Below the pieces are notes generated by a model. That model had not been told where the DNA came from. It saw only the letters and a list, made by a program, of their open reading frames with translations, and did not search any database. A stretch of 64,000 bases of DNA, taken from an uncultured Spirochaetota bacterium (GTDB lineage: Bacteria > Spirochaetota > UBA4802 > UBA5550). Both the position numbers and the translations under genes were made by a program. Each line of letters opens with the position of its first letter. The first letter of the stretch is position 1. The stretch is from assembly GCA_963827275.1 (NCBI GenBank), contig CAWHAA010000007.1, positions 64,001 to 128,000 of the forward strand, given 5' to 3'. Positions 9,845 to 19,011 of this stretch are shown here, piece after piece.

Positions 9845-11740
9845 TTACCACTGAATCGGCGCCGGCGGAGATACGGTGAATTCGAAGGTCTGGCCGGATC
9901 CTGACATCAGGGATGTAAACAGGGCATTGAACAGGATATTGCCCGTCATTGACGGGAACCGTGTCGTGCCCGTGAAGGTCAGCTTGCCGCTGCCGAGCGC
10001 CGATATGGGCCCGTCAAAATCGATCGGAAAATCAACCGGGTCCTTTGTGTGCACATAGGTGCCGATAGGAATGCCCAGGGCGGTTATGCTCTGTATCCTG
10101 ACATCCGCATACATGTGCCCGTGAACATGAAGGTTGCCGCCGTTATCCAGGGTGACGTCGCCGACCATCGGTTGCGTGCCGACGCCTGTTATCCTCATCT
10201 TCACCTGCATCGGTAAAATCACGTTGATGGGCGCCTTGAACTCGGGGACCGACAGGTTGCCCGTGATTTTTTTCGTGGTCATGTTGCAGTCTGCCGAAAA
10301 CGTTGACGTGCCCGGCATGGTAACTCTCTGCATCAGCGTTTTAAGGTGAACCACCGCGTCGAGTGGCCATGAGCTGAGGGAAACTATGAAGTCGCCCTCG
10401 GGGGCGTTCGCCGTGGTGACCGGCCGCGGGTTCGCTGAGCCGCACGTGCCGACGGCGGTCCTGCCGTCGAGGCGGTCCTCAAACCAGGCAAGCACGTAGG
10501 GCGAGGCCTGGAATTGCGTGGTGATGTGCTCGCCGGAAAATACCATGTACGTGGTGTTGACGCCGAGCGCGCAGTATTTTTCCTTCAGCTTCAGGCTCTG
10601 CTCGAGCTCGATGAATTCGTCCGAGGTGCCATGGTACATGTACACCGGGACTTCAATCGGGTTCTCTCCAAGGGTCTGCGCATCCAGTGTGTCATATACG
10701 GAAGGAATGCCCATGAGCTGGCTGAGAGGCATGTTGCCTATGACGTATGTCGAGAGCGAGGTGTTCATGAATTCAAAAAGCGCCTCGAATACGCACATCG
10801 ACAGCCCCTTGTTGACGGCGGCCTGGCCCTCGGCGTTCACGAGGTCGGTAAGCGGAATTCCTTCCGGATACTGCGACCAGAGGCCGATAACCGTTTCAAG
10901 CAGGAAGGCCGAACCGTTCTTCCCGTCAAGGTACGGCGCGACTTCGAAGAAGTTCGCGGGCACGCCGCCGGCGGCCACGCCGACCAGGTCGAGGTCGGGC
11001 AGGTAGCCGGGCTGCAGCTCGCCCGCCCACGCGGCGGTCTGTCCGCCCTGGGAATAGCCCCAGATCGCGACCTTGGCGTTCTTGCTCAGATTGGCGGATG
11101 ATATCTTGGATGCGGCAATGACGATATCAAGAAGCGCATGTCCCTGCGCCTTGCCCGACATGTAGGTGGGCACCGCGCCGATCGTATAGCCGGGATTGTC
11201 GGTAACGAGCACGGCATAATTCTTGTTGAGGGCCTGGGCGATATTCTCGTTTTCGTAATCGGTGCCGGCCTCAAACTGCACCGACGGCGCGCAGGTCTGG
11301 CAGAGGCCGTGCGTTCCGACCGCGTACGCGATTATGGGCCGGTTGCTGAAGAGGCTCCATGACTTTTCGGGGACAATCACGGTTCCCGTCACCACGTTTG
11401 GCGCGCCTAACGCATCTGTTGAATAATACATTACGTTCCACGCGTTGATTTCCGGCGCGCCGGCAATATTGACCACCGCCTCGCGGTACTTGATTATATC
11501 GCCATGGCTGCCGGAGGGCAGGGTGGAAGGCACCGTGTAAAAAGCCGTGTCTTCCGCGTCAAGGATGATTCCCGCCTGCGAGTCGGCAAGGGCCGGAAGC
11601 AGCGAGATGCCGGAAGAACTGTCGGTGTCATTGAAATCACAGCCGGAAAATGATAGTATTGATGCCGTGAAAAGAGCGACCAGTGCCATTGATGCGAATG
11701 GCAGAGAGATCAGACGATTAGGACAAATCTTTTTTTTCAT
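9845..11740 (-). CDS. secretory lipase (LIP / Candida antarctica lipase A-like family) lipoprotein with C-terminal beta domain
   Basis: Lipobox-like FSGC, GTHGLCQTCAPS, WGYSQGG nucleophile elbow, YHGTSDE, GEHIT. Confidence 0.85.
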   Translation of the reverse strand: MKKKICPNRLISLPFASMALVALFTASILSFSGCDFNDTDSSSGISLLPALADSQAGIILDAEDTAFYTVPSTLPSGSHGDIIKYREAVVNIAGAPEINAWNVMYYSTDALGAPNVVTGTVIVPEKSWSLFSNRPIIAYAVGTHGLCQTCAPSVQFEAGTDYENENIAQALNKNYAVLVTDNPGYTIGAVPTYMSGKAQGHALLDIVIAASKISSANLSKNAKVAIWGYSQGGQTAAWAGELQPGYLPDLDLVGVAAGGVPANFFEVAPYLDGKNGSAFLLETVIGLWSQYPEGIPLTDLVNAEGQAAVNKGLSMCVFEALFEFMNTSLSTYVIGNMPLSQLMGIPSVYDTLDAQTLGENPIEVPVYMYHGTSDEFIELEQSLKLKEKYCALGVNTTYMVFSGEHITTQFQASPYVLAWFEDRLDGRTAVGTCGSANPRPVTTANAPEGDFIVSLSSWPLDAVVHLKTLMQRVTMPGTSTFSADCNMTTKKITGNLSVPEFKAPINVILPMQVKMRITGVGTQPMVGDVTLDNGGNLHVHGHMYADVRIQSITALGIPIGTYVHTKDPVDFPIDFDGPISALGSGKLTFTGTTRFPSMTGNILFNALFTSLMSGSGQTFEFTVSPPAPIQW

Positions 11741-11838
11741 AAAATGCGAACCTCCACGAAATAATTTTAATCATTTACTCTATAATTACTGACATTACTG
11801 GCGTGGAATCTGTTTTCATTCAACCAGCCGACAGATTA

Positions 11839-11854
11839 TGCAGCTTGTTTGCCG
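11839..11854 (-). promoter_or_regulatory. candidate sigma54 (-24/-12) promoter for the lipase
   Basis: Minus strand CGGCAAACAAGCTGCA = GG-N10-GC with GGCA and TGCA context, about 100 bp upstream of the start. Confidence 0.45.
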
Positions 11855-11913
11855 GCATTGATTCTACCCCACCCGCTATGCAGTAAATAATCATAAAATA
11901 TTTTTTCTGTCCC

Positions 11914-12045
11914 GCCAAAAAGAGGCGTATCAAAATATGTCATTTTATGACACATGAGTTTTTTGTGCCAAAGTAAGATATATCGGAAAATGTCATTTTC
12001 TGACCCGCGGGTTTTCGCCAAAGCGAGGCGCGCCAAAAAATGTCC
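11914..12045. promoter_or_regulatory. three phased GCCAAA-N18-TGTC boxes, two containing TGTCA-N5-TGAC palindromes
   Basis: GCCAAA at 11914, 11967, 12017 and TGTC at 11938, 11991, 12041. Confidence 0.6.
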
Positions 12046-12087
12046 AGATAACGTTATAAAAAGAAATATCCAAACGCTGTAGGCCTG

Positions 12088-12116
12088 AGTACTATATCTT
12101 ATAAAGATATAGTACT
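12088..12116. promoter_or_regulatory. 13-bp perfect inverted repeat, operator-like
   Basis: AGTACTATATCTT-ATA-AAGATATAGTACT. Confidence 0.55.
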
Positions 12117-12269
12117 GTTAATGAGGCGTGGGCACGGCAAGGGCCGCCTTCTTGGTTCCGGCAAAAGGAACAAACATCGAGTATTTGCAGCGAGCACGCA
12201 TGGTGCGATGGCCGGGGTTCCGGTTATCAATAATTTTCATGCGGTGAAACAAACCGGGAGGTGGGGGGA

Positions 12270-14537
12270 ATGAAAAATAAAATTTTTGCAAACGGCATGG
12301 TGCGGCTGAGTGTTGCACGCCTGGTGCTGTCTTGCGTGGTGGCTCTGGCGGCGGCGGGATGTGACGCCGGCGGCGGCGGAGGCTCAAGCTTCTGGCTCTG
12401 GTTGTTCGGCGGGGGGTCCGATACCCCGTCAACATATTCCGTCATCTACGACGGCAACGGCAATACGGGCGGGACCGCCCCCGCTGATCCACAAGAGTAT
12501 GAGAAGGGGGCGATCGTCACCGTGCCCGGCAATACGGGCAATCTGGTGAAAACGGGATTTACCTTCGCCGGATGGAATACGGGCGCCGATGGCGGCGGCA
12601 CGACTTATTCACAGGGCCAGGTCTTTACCATGGGCGAGGCCGATGTGCGGCTGTATGCGAAATGGACGGCCCAGGCAACCTTCGCCGTCACCTATGACGG
12701 GAACGGAAACACGGGGGGAGAGGCGCCTGTTGACTCGACACGCTACCTGCCGGGACAGACGGTAACGGTGTTGTCTCCGGGCACGATCGTAAAAATCGGT
12801 TATACGTTCAATGGATGGAATACCGACGTCAACGGCAGCGGGACTTCATATGTTGCGGGCCAGACCTTTACCATGGAACCGGATAACGTGACGCTGTGGG
12901 CGCAGTGGACCGAACTGCCCACGAGTACGGTCACGTACGATGGCAATGACAATACGGGCGGCACCGTGCCGGCCGATGGCACCTTTTATCTGCAGGGCCA
13001 GCCGGTTATCGTATTGGGGAATACCGGGAATCTATCGAAAACCGGCTATACCTTTGCCGGATGGAATACGGATGAGGACGGCAACGGCGTTTCGTATGCG
13101 GCCGGTGAGACCTTTTACATGGGCGCGGAGGATGTCATCCTGTGGGCGCAGTGGACGGCGGAAGCGACCTATTCCGTCACATATAATGGCAACGGCAGCA
13201 CCGGAGGGGCCGTTCCGGTTGATCCCGCGCATTACCTCCCGGGCCAGACGGTGACCGTGCCGGGACCGGGCACGCTGGTACGGAGCGGGTACGCGTTCGC
13301 CGGGTGGAATACCGCCGCAAACGGCGGCGGAACAGCCTATGCACAGGGGCAAACGTTTACCATGGGCACGGCAGAGGTGGTCCTGTACGCGCAGTGGACG
13401 GCGGAAGCGACCTATTCCGTCACATATAATGGCAACGGCAGCACCGGGGGGGCCGTTCCGGTTGATCCCGCGCAATACCTGCCGGGCCAGACGGTGACCG
13501 TGCTGGGAGCGGGCACGCTGGTACGGAGCGGGTACACCTTCAGCGGATGGAATAGTGCGGCCGGCGGCGGCGGAACACCCTACGCTGCCGGGGCGGTATT
13601 CACCATGGGTTCCGGGAACGTGACTCTCTACGCGCAGTGGGTGCAGAATAATGGCAATTTCACGGAAGTAAAAAAGGGGTTTGACGCAGCGGGCGTACAG
13701 GTGAGCCAGCGGGAAACCGTATTTACAAGTCAGGCCGCATACGCGGCAACATACAACCCCCGGCAGCAGTTCGGGTATCTGCAGAATATCATATCATCAG
13801 GCGAAGGCGCATCCAGCATCCAGCCCCCGTACATTGTTACCATGAAGATCAGCAACGGGGCAGGGGCCAACGGAATCTGGATGGACTCGGACGATGTCGA
13901 TGTGTCGTATGTCTTGAACAGGTTCGATGAAAACGATGCAATATATGAAACGAACGTGTACCGTGATTTCTTTGGCGTACGGAGGCTTGAATATACGCGT
14001 TACACGCTGAACAGCGATGGCACCTATCACAAGATTTTATTCTATACCAACAGCGGCGTGCTTACGGGCTCTGTATATTTTACGAATGTGAGCGGTTTAA
14101 TGAAACAGCTGGACTACTGGTCCGGAGACGGATCGGGCACGCAGAACCAGCAGATCATCCTGACCTATGACGCTTCCCTGCGTCTGACCACCGTTCTCCA
14201 GTTGATGAATGATTGCTCCGGGGATGAATGCAGCGGCCTGAAAAATTTGCAGAAGGACGTGTATGAATATTCCGGGTCCAACGTGCAGGCTTCGAAGAGG
14301 AAGCTGTCGATGTGGGTGGTGGGCCTGATGGGCGGCTACTGGTATTCAATGGGAAGTCTTGATTATACGCTTAACGGCAGCGGGACACTTGTCCTGACGT
14401 CGACGGGTTCCCTCATGTCGGTCGGCTCTTCATCCTTATATACGTATACCGGCGCTGATTATTACGACAGAATAACCAGCTATAGCGATGAAGACTGGGG
14501 GACAATGTCGGGGTATTTCGAGTTCAGCTATTACTGA
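12270..14537 (+). CDS. surface lipoprotein with five InlB B-repeat (Flg_new) domains and an unrecognised C-terminal domain
   Basis: Lipobox-like LAAAGC; five about 81-aa units V.Y[DN]GN..TGG..P...G[YF].F.GWN...G.G..Y..G..F.M...V.L[YW]A.W. Confidence 0.85.
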   Translation: MKNKIFANGMVRLSVARLVLSCVVALAAAGCDAGGGGGSSFWLWLFGGGSDTPSTYSVIYDGNGNTGGTAPADPQEYEKGAIVTVPGNTGNLVKTGFTFAGWNTGADGGGTTYSQGQVFTMGEADVRLYAKWTAQATFAVTYDGNGNTGGEAPVDSTRYLPGQTVTVLSPGTIVKIGYTFNGWNTDVNGSGTSYVAGQTFTMEPDNVTLWAQWTELPTSTVTYDGNDNTGGTVPADGTFYLQGQPVIVLGNTGNLSKTGYTFAGWNTDEDGNGVSYAAGETFYMGAEDVILWAQWTAEATYSVTYNGNGSTGGAVPVDPAHYLPGQTVTVPGPGTLVRSGYAFAGWNTAANGGGTAYAQGQTFTMGTAEVVLYAQWTAEATYSVTYNGNGSTGGAVPVDPAQYLPGQTVTVLGAGTLVRSGYTFSGWNSAAGGGGTPYAAGAVFTMGSGNVTLYAQWVQNNGNFTEVKKGFDAAGVQVSQRETVFTSQAAYAATYNPRQQFGYLQNIISSGEGASSIQPPYIVTMKISNGAGANGIWMDSDDVDVSYVLNRFDENDAIYETNVYRDFFGVRRLEYTRYTLNSDGTYHKILFYTNSGVLTGSVYFTNVSGLMKQLDYWSGDGSGTQNQQIILTYDASLRLTTVLQLMNDCSGDECSGLKNLQKDVYEYSGSNVQASKRKLSMWVVGLMGGYWYSMGSLDYTLNGSGTLVLTSTGSLMSVGSSSLYTYTGADYYDRITSYSDEDWGTMSGYFEFSYY
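13146..13535 (+). repeat. near-identical intragenic duplication (B-repeats 4 and 5, 243-bp offset)
   Basis: 13146-13292 nearly equals 13389-13535 at DNA level. Confidence 0.85.
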
Positions 14538-14671
14538 TACTGTTTCACCACGGAGGCCGCGGGGCTCACTGAGGATCGGCCGCTGAATAATCAATGATCA
14601 GCGCCCCGTGACCTGCGCGGGTGTTTTTCAGATGCAGTGTGGCCATTGCTGCATGATCCCGCTCCGGCCGG

Positions 14672-16147
14672 TTACCGCGCCTTGATATACTCGATCTCGC
14701 CCCGGGAGTTCTCGTCGGTCGGGGAAAAGAGGCAGTAGAGGCCGCGCGCGGCGAAGTACCTGCCCTGTGTCGGCTCGATCTTGCTCGATACCGTGTCGCC
14801 GTCTATTACCAGCCTGGCGAAGCGGCCATCGTCGCTTTCCAGGGCGTACTCATGCCAGTCGGTGGTCCTCAGGGGGATGATCCTGCCGCACACCTCTACC
14901 TGCCCGGCCATGAGCTTCACGTAAAAGGCCGCGTCGCCCACGGGGACATAGGCGAACACAGTGACCGCGTCGCCGCCGGTGAAGCGGGCGCGCGACATGA
15001 TCGAAAATGCCCGCGACGCGTTAAAGCGGTTGAAGAGCCCGGCCGCCGAGCCTTTGCCGGAATTGACCTCCGCGATCTTGATGCCGTCCTTCACGGTGAA
15101 ATTGATGGAAGACGCTTCCGCCGTCGGGATATGCGTCCAGTTGACCGGCGTGTGCGAATCGCTCCAGTCGGAGAAGTGCTCTTCCATGGTCCACGTCACG
15201 TCTTTTTCCGTTTCCTTGTACTGCGAAAGGTCCACCGGCGCGAGGAACTTGCCGAATATCCAGCCCCGCGGTCCCTTGAGGCTGGCCACGCGGTACCAGT
15301 ACTCGCGCACATCGCCGACCTGGGTCGTGTCCATCGATTTTTCGAGCTGTATGAGTATTTCGTCCCTGTCGATTTTTCCCACCAGCTTGCCGCCGACGCC
15401 GGGATGGTTGCGGAGGTTGACCTTGTCGCCCGTGCAGATGAAGATCTTGTTGGTCTCGGGGCTCGTCGGGTACCGCTTCACGTAGGCGATGATCATGTTC
15501 CAGAGGACCTCCTCGTTGCCCGACGCGGTAAACGACCCTGACTGGAGGCCGTCGAGGATTATCTTTATCATGCTCGCAATGTAGTCGGTATTCGGGTATT
15601 TGTTGTAGAAATTTATCATCGCCGGCACCAGGCGGTCGGGGTCCGTCTTCCCGAGGTTGCGGGCCTCTTCGAACTGTATGTCCTCGATCAGGCCGCTCCC
15701 GCGGTAGCGCGACACGAACTCCTCGTAAAATTTCCCGCGCGGCACGATGCGGCTCCTTCTCATGGCCGGGACCAGGGCCAGGTCGCCGTCGATTTTTTTG
15801 TTGATGCCGGCCAGGTCTTCCTCGATTTCCCGTTTCGTTTCCTTGAAGTCCGCGGTCTGCTGCTTTTCCTGGGCCACCGCCGCCAGCTCGTCGCTGAATT
15901 TTTCTTCAAGCTGCGACGCCAGCCCGTTGATGGCGCGGCACCGGTAGTAGTATATCTTTTCGCCGCTTTCATAGTCTGCGGTCCTTGCCAGCCGGTTCAG
16001 CATCACTATGGCTTCCCTGTAGTCGCGGTCCTCGAATTCGTCGATGGCTTTTTCAAGGTCGTTTTTCGAGAAAATAACATAGGCGGCGATAGACAGGGCG
16101 ATGCCCAGCGTCATGACGACAATCGCGATAATGGCTCCCTTTCTCAT
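14672..16147 (-). CDS. membrane-anchored SH3-domain protein with helical N-terminal region
   Basis: N-terminal TM; bacterial SH3 motif CTGDKVNLRNHPG...WYRV...RGWIFGKFL. Confidence 0.7.
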   Translation of the reverse strand: MRKGAIIAIVVMTLGIALSIAAYVIFSKNDLEKAIDEFEDRDYREAIVMLNRLARTADYESGEKIYYYRCRAINGLASQLEEKFSDELAAVAQEKQQTADFKETKREIEEDLAGINKKIDGDLALVPAMRRSRIVPRGKFYEEFVSRYRGSGLIEDIQFEEARNLGKTDPDRLVPAMINFYNKYPNTDYIASMIKIILDGLQSGSFTASGNEEVLWNMIIAYVKRYPTSPETNKIFICTGDKVNLRNHPGVGGKLVGKIDRDEILIQLEKSMDTTQVGDVREYWYRVASLKGPRGWIFGKFLAPVDLSQYKETEKDVTWTMEEHFSDWSDSHTPVNWTHIPTAEASSINFTVKDGIKIAEVNSGKGSAAGLFNRFNASRAFSIMSRARFTGGDAVTVFAYVPVGDAAFYVKLMAGQVEVCGRIIPLRTTDWHEYALESDDGRFARLVIDGDTVSSKIEPTQGRYFAARGLYCLFSPTDENSRGEIEYIKAR

Positions 16148-16273
16148 TGCTTCCTTCCTGTGTCCTGCATGGTACTGGCGGCTGCCCCGGGCGGGGCGCT
16201 GCTATAGGCATAGGCGGCCATCGCGCGGAGAATTTCAAATAAAAAAATATCCCGCGGCGGGTTTTTAAAGGGG

Positions 16274-17509
16274 TTAGCGGAGTTTTTTATAGAGCATGAG
16301 CTCGATGAGTCGGTGCCCTTCCCCGACAAAGAGGCCGGTGGAAGCGGCGCTTTTTTCATTGAATGACGGGGCGTGACAGTCCTCGAGGCCCGTGCCCTTC
16401 CATCCGCCGGACGCGTACATGCAGAAGGGGACCGGGTCGGCGGAGTGGGTGCGTATGCTGATGGGCGTCGGGTGGTCGGGCATCACGAGCGCCGTGAAGT
16501 CGCGGTAGGCGGACAGCCCGTCGATGACAGGCCCCACGACCATGCGGTCGAAATCCTCGATGGCCCGGAGCTTGTGCTCCAGGTTCCCTTCGTGGCCGGA
16601 TTCGTCGGGCGACTCAACATGGAGAAAGATGAAATTCGCTTCCCTGATGGCGCCGAGGAGCGCCCCGGCCTTGCCGGCATAGTCGGTGTCGATGTAGCCG
16701 GTGGCGCCCGGCACGTTGATCGGCGTCAGGCCGGCGGCGCGCCCGAGTCCGTGGACAAGATCGACCGCCGATATGGTATGGCCGTGCAGGCCGAACCGTT
16801 TTTCAAGCGTTTCCATGGATGGCTTTTTTCCGCAGCCCCAGAGCCAGACGGAAGTGGGCGTACCCTTGTACCGGGACCCCGCTTCGCGCACGAGGGACGA
16901 GGAGACTATGATCGCCCCGGATTCCCGCATGATGCGGTTCAGGAGGTCGGCGCCGCTGCCGCGGGGAAGGTAGTCGGCCGCCGGCTTCCCCTGTATGTCA
17001 TGCGGGGGCGTTGTTTCCGGCAGGTCGTCGTGGGGGTAATCCCGCCACACCACGATATTGCGGTATGAAACGCCGGGATAGAATTCGAAGCCCGGGATGC
17101 CGGCTTCGCGCGCCAGCTCTTTCATGATCACCGCCGAGAATTCAGACGCGATATGGCCCGCGCTGAAGTCGTGCATGACGCCGTCCCGTATGTCCACCAT
17201 GTTGCACCGGACGGCGAGATCGCGCGGCCCGAGCTCGATGCCCATGTTGATCGCTTCCAGCGGCGCCCTGCCGGAGAAATATTCGCGCGGGTCATAGCCG
17301 AGGACGGAGAGGTTGGCGATGTCGCTGCCCGGCTGCATCCCATCGGGCACGGTGTGCGCCATGCCGAGGACCCCTTCGGAGGCGAGCCGGTCCATGTTGG
17401 GCGTGGCGGCATATTCAAGCGGCGTTTTCCCTCCCAGCGATTCGATGGGAAGATCGGCCATGCCGTCGCCCAGGAGGATCACATATTTTGCTTCGTTATT
17501 TTTTCCCAT
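16274..17509 (-). CDS. apgM: cofactor-independent phosphoglycerate mutase, ApgM-like (alkaline phosphatase superfamily)
   Basis: LLGDGMAD, GKTPLE, PGSDIAN, GRAPLEA, HVESPDESGH, MPDHPTP, THSADPVPF. Confidence 0.85.
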   Translation of the reverse strand: MGKNNEAKYVILLGDGMADLPIESLGGKTPLEYAATPNMDRLASEGVLGMAHTVPDGMQPGSDIANLSVLGYDPREYFSGRAPLEAINMGIELGPRDLAVRCNMVDIRDGVMHDFSAGHIASEFSAVIMKELAREAGIPGFEFYPGVSYRNIVVWRDYPHDDLPETTPPHDIQGKPAADYLPRGSGADLLNRIMRESGAIIVSSSLVREAGSRYKGTPTSVWLWGCGKKPSMETLEKRFGLHGHTISAVDLVHGLGRAAGLTPINVPGATGYIDTDYAGKAGALLGAIREANFIFLHVESPDESGHEGNLEHKLRAIEDFDRMVVGPVIDGLSAYRDFTALVMPDHPTPISIRTHSADPVPFCMYASGGWKGTGLEDCHAPSFNEKSAASTGLFVGEGHRLIELMLYKKLR

Positions 17510-17912
17510 TTATCCAGACGGAGCCGTCAGAATAGAATTCTTTTTTCCAGATGGGGACCTTTTCTTTTATCGTATCGATGATGTATTCGACCGCCCTGAG
17601 CGCTTCCTTGCGGTGGGGCGAGGATGCGGTGATGATGATGCTCGCTTCGCCGGGTTCCACGCGCCCGTACCGGTGCACGACGGCGCACGATGACAGCGAC
17701 CACCGCGCGGTTGCATCATCGACGATCGCCTGGAGCTGCTTGCGCGCCATCTCGCCGTAGGCCTCGTATTCAAGGTAGATGACCTGCTTCCCGCCGGCGT
17801 TGTCCCGGGCCTGCCCGATGAAGGTCACCACGGCGCCGTCCGAGGTGCCGCCGATGCCGGACATTGCCCGGGCGATATCTATCGGTTCCTGCTGCAGTGT
17901 TATCGTGATCAT
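17496..17912 (-). CDS. moaE: molybdopterin synthase catalytic subunit
   Basis: GAVVTFIG, LEYEAY, HRYG, SPHR, PIWKKE. Confidence 0.93.
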   Translation of the reverse strand: MITITLQQEPIDIARAMSGIGGTSDGAVVTFIGQARDNAGGKQVIYLEYEAYGEMARKQLQAIVDDATARWSLSSCAVVHRYGRVEPGEASIIITASSPHRKEALRAVEYIIDTIKEKVPIWKKEFYSDGSVWINGKK

Positions 17913-17921
17913 GCCGAGCTT

Positions 17922-18167
17922 CTATCCTCCGCTCACCGGGGGGAATATTGCAAGGGTGTCCTCGTCGGAGAGGGCGGCGGTTTCATCGCAGTATTCCTCG
18001 TTGATAGCGAAGAGAAGCGATCCGCTAAAATCATTCAGCGGCGCGTGGATTTTTTTAAACTGCTCGATGACATTTTTTACGGTTATCCCCTCGGAAACCG
18101 TGAGCTCTTTTTCCTCGAACCCGATCGCCTCTTTGACGCTGGCGAAAGCCTTTATCCGAATTTTCAT
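17922..18167 (-). CDS. moaD: molybdopterin synthase sulfur carrier subunit
   Basis: FAINEEY and C-terminal PPVSGG; adjacent to moaE. Confidence 0.92.
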   Translation of the reverse strand: MKIRIKAFASVKEAIGFEEKELTVSEGITVKNVIEQFKKIHAPLNDFSGSLLFAINEEYCDETAALSDEDTLAIFPPVSGG

Positions 18168-18233
18168 AGATGTCCTGGTGACTGGGTATATCCGGGACCG
18201 CCCCCTGAAGGTCAACGGCCGGCCCCGCCGTGA

Positions 18234-18581
18234 TTATTTCTTGATGCGCTTGCTTCTCTTCAGGAGAAAGATATAGTGCTTTATGTAAGGCTGAAGGCTG
18301 TCGTTGAAATCGAGAATACTCACGCTCTTCGGTTCCTTGAGGATCAGGTGAAGGCTTTTTTTCGTGATGTCTTCTTCGCTGGTATCAATGATTATCTTGA
18401 ACCGCTTGATGACTTCCTTGTCAACGGCATCGTTTTGCAGCTTGTTCATCTCCGAATAAAGTTTCAGGAGGTTTACCTTTTTTGTCTTGATCTTGTTTAT
18501 CTTTACTTCGATCTTGCGGACTTCTTTTTTCTCTGGCGCCTTTTTCTTCGGTGCCGCGGCGCGTTTGGGCTTTGATGGCAT
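18234..18581 (-). CDS. small basic hypothetical protein
   Basis: Lys/Ala/Pro-rich N-terminus followed by a helical domain. Confidence 0.7.
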   Translation of the reverse strand: MPSKPKRAAAPKKKAPEKKEVRKIEVKINKIKTKKVNLLKLYSEMNKLQNDAVDKEVIKRFKIIIDTSEEDITKKSLHLILKEPKSVSILDFNDSLQPYIKHYIFLLKRSKRIKK

Positions 18582-18796
18582 AGGATCCCCCGGTTAAGAA
18601 TTATATCGCCGATGTTAGAATATCGCATGGTACTGTAAACACAAATTTTGAAAAAAATGGCGAAAGGCGCCGAATGGCATAATTTATTTATTAATAATCC
18701 GTATATTCCGAATATAATAATGAAGCGGTCATGCTGTCCATGGTCCCGGGTTGACTGCGGATGTGCGGCCGGAATCCACTTTATGAGGAGCCAGAA

Positions 18797-18928
18797 ATGA
18801 AATGTTCACGATGCGGCAGGGAGATTAACAGCCTGAACCATTTTTACATCCCGCGCGGGAGCCGGGCCGCCGGCCTCAGGTATTGCATCCAGTGCGCCCG
18901 CGACGAGCATATCGTTACCCTCATTTGA
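18797..18928 (+). CDS. unannotated 43-aa CxxC...CxxC zinc-finger-like small protein
   Basis: GAGGAG RBS then MKCSRCGREINSLNHFYIPRGSRAAGLRYCIQCARDEHIVTLI; below the ORF-track cutoff. Confidence 0.7.
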   Translation: MKCSRCGREINSLNHFYIPRGSRAAGLRYCIQCARDEHIVTLI

Positions 18929-19011
18929 TCCGCGATCCGCCCCTGCGCGCGGATACTGCTTGACATGCCCGCCGGAACTGAAGACGCTGTGAACGGAACG
19001 TCTTCAGGAGT

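Noticed and set aside
12129..12144. Plus-strand sigma54 promoter for the B-repeat gene
   Set aside because: GG-N10-GC spacing is present but the TTGC/TGC context at -12 is missing
12270..14537. Diversity-generating retroelement target
   Set aside because: No reverse transcriptase, no adenine-specific TR/VR pair and no recognisable CLec/FGE tip; the duplication is ordinary B-repeat expansion
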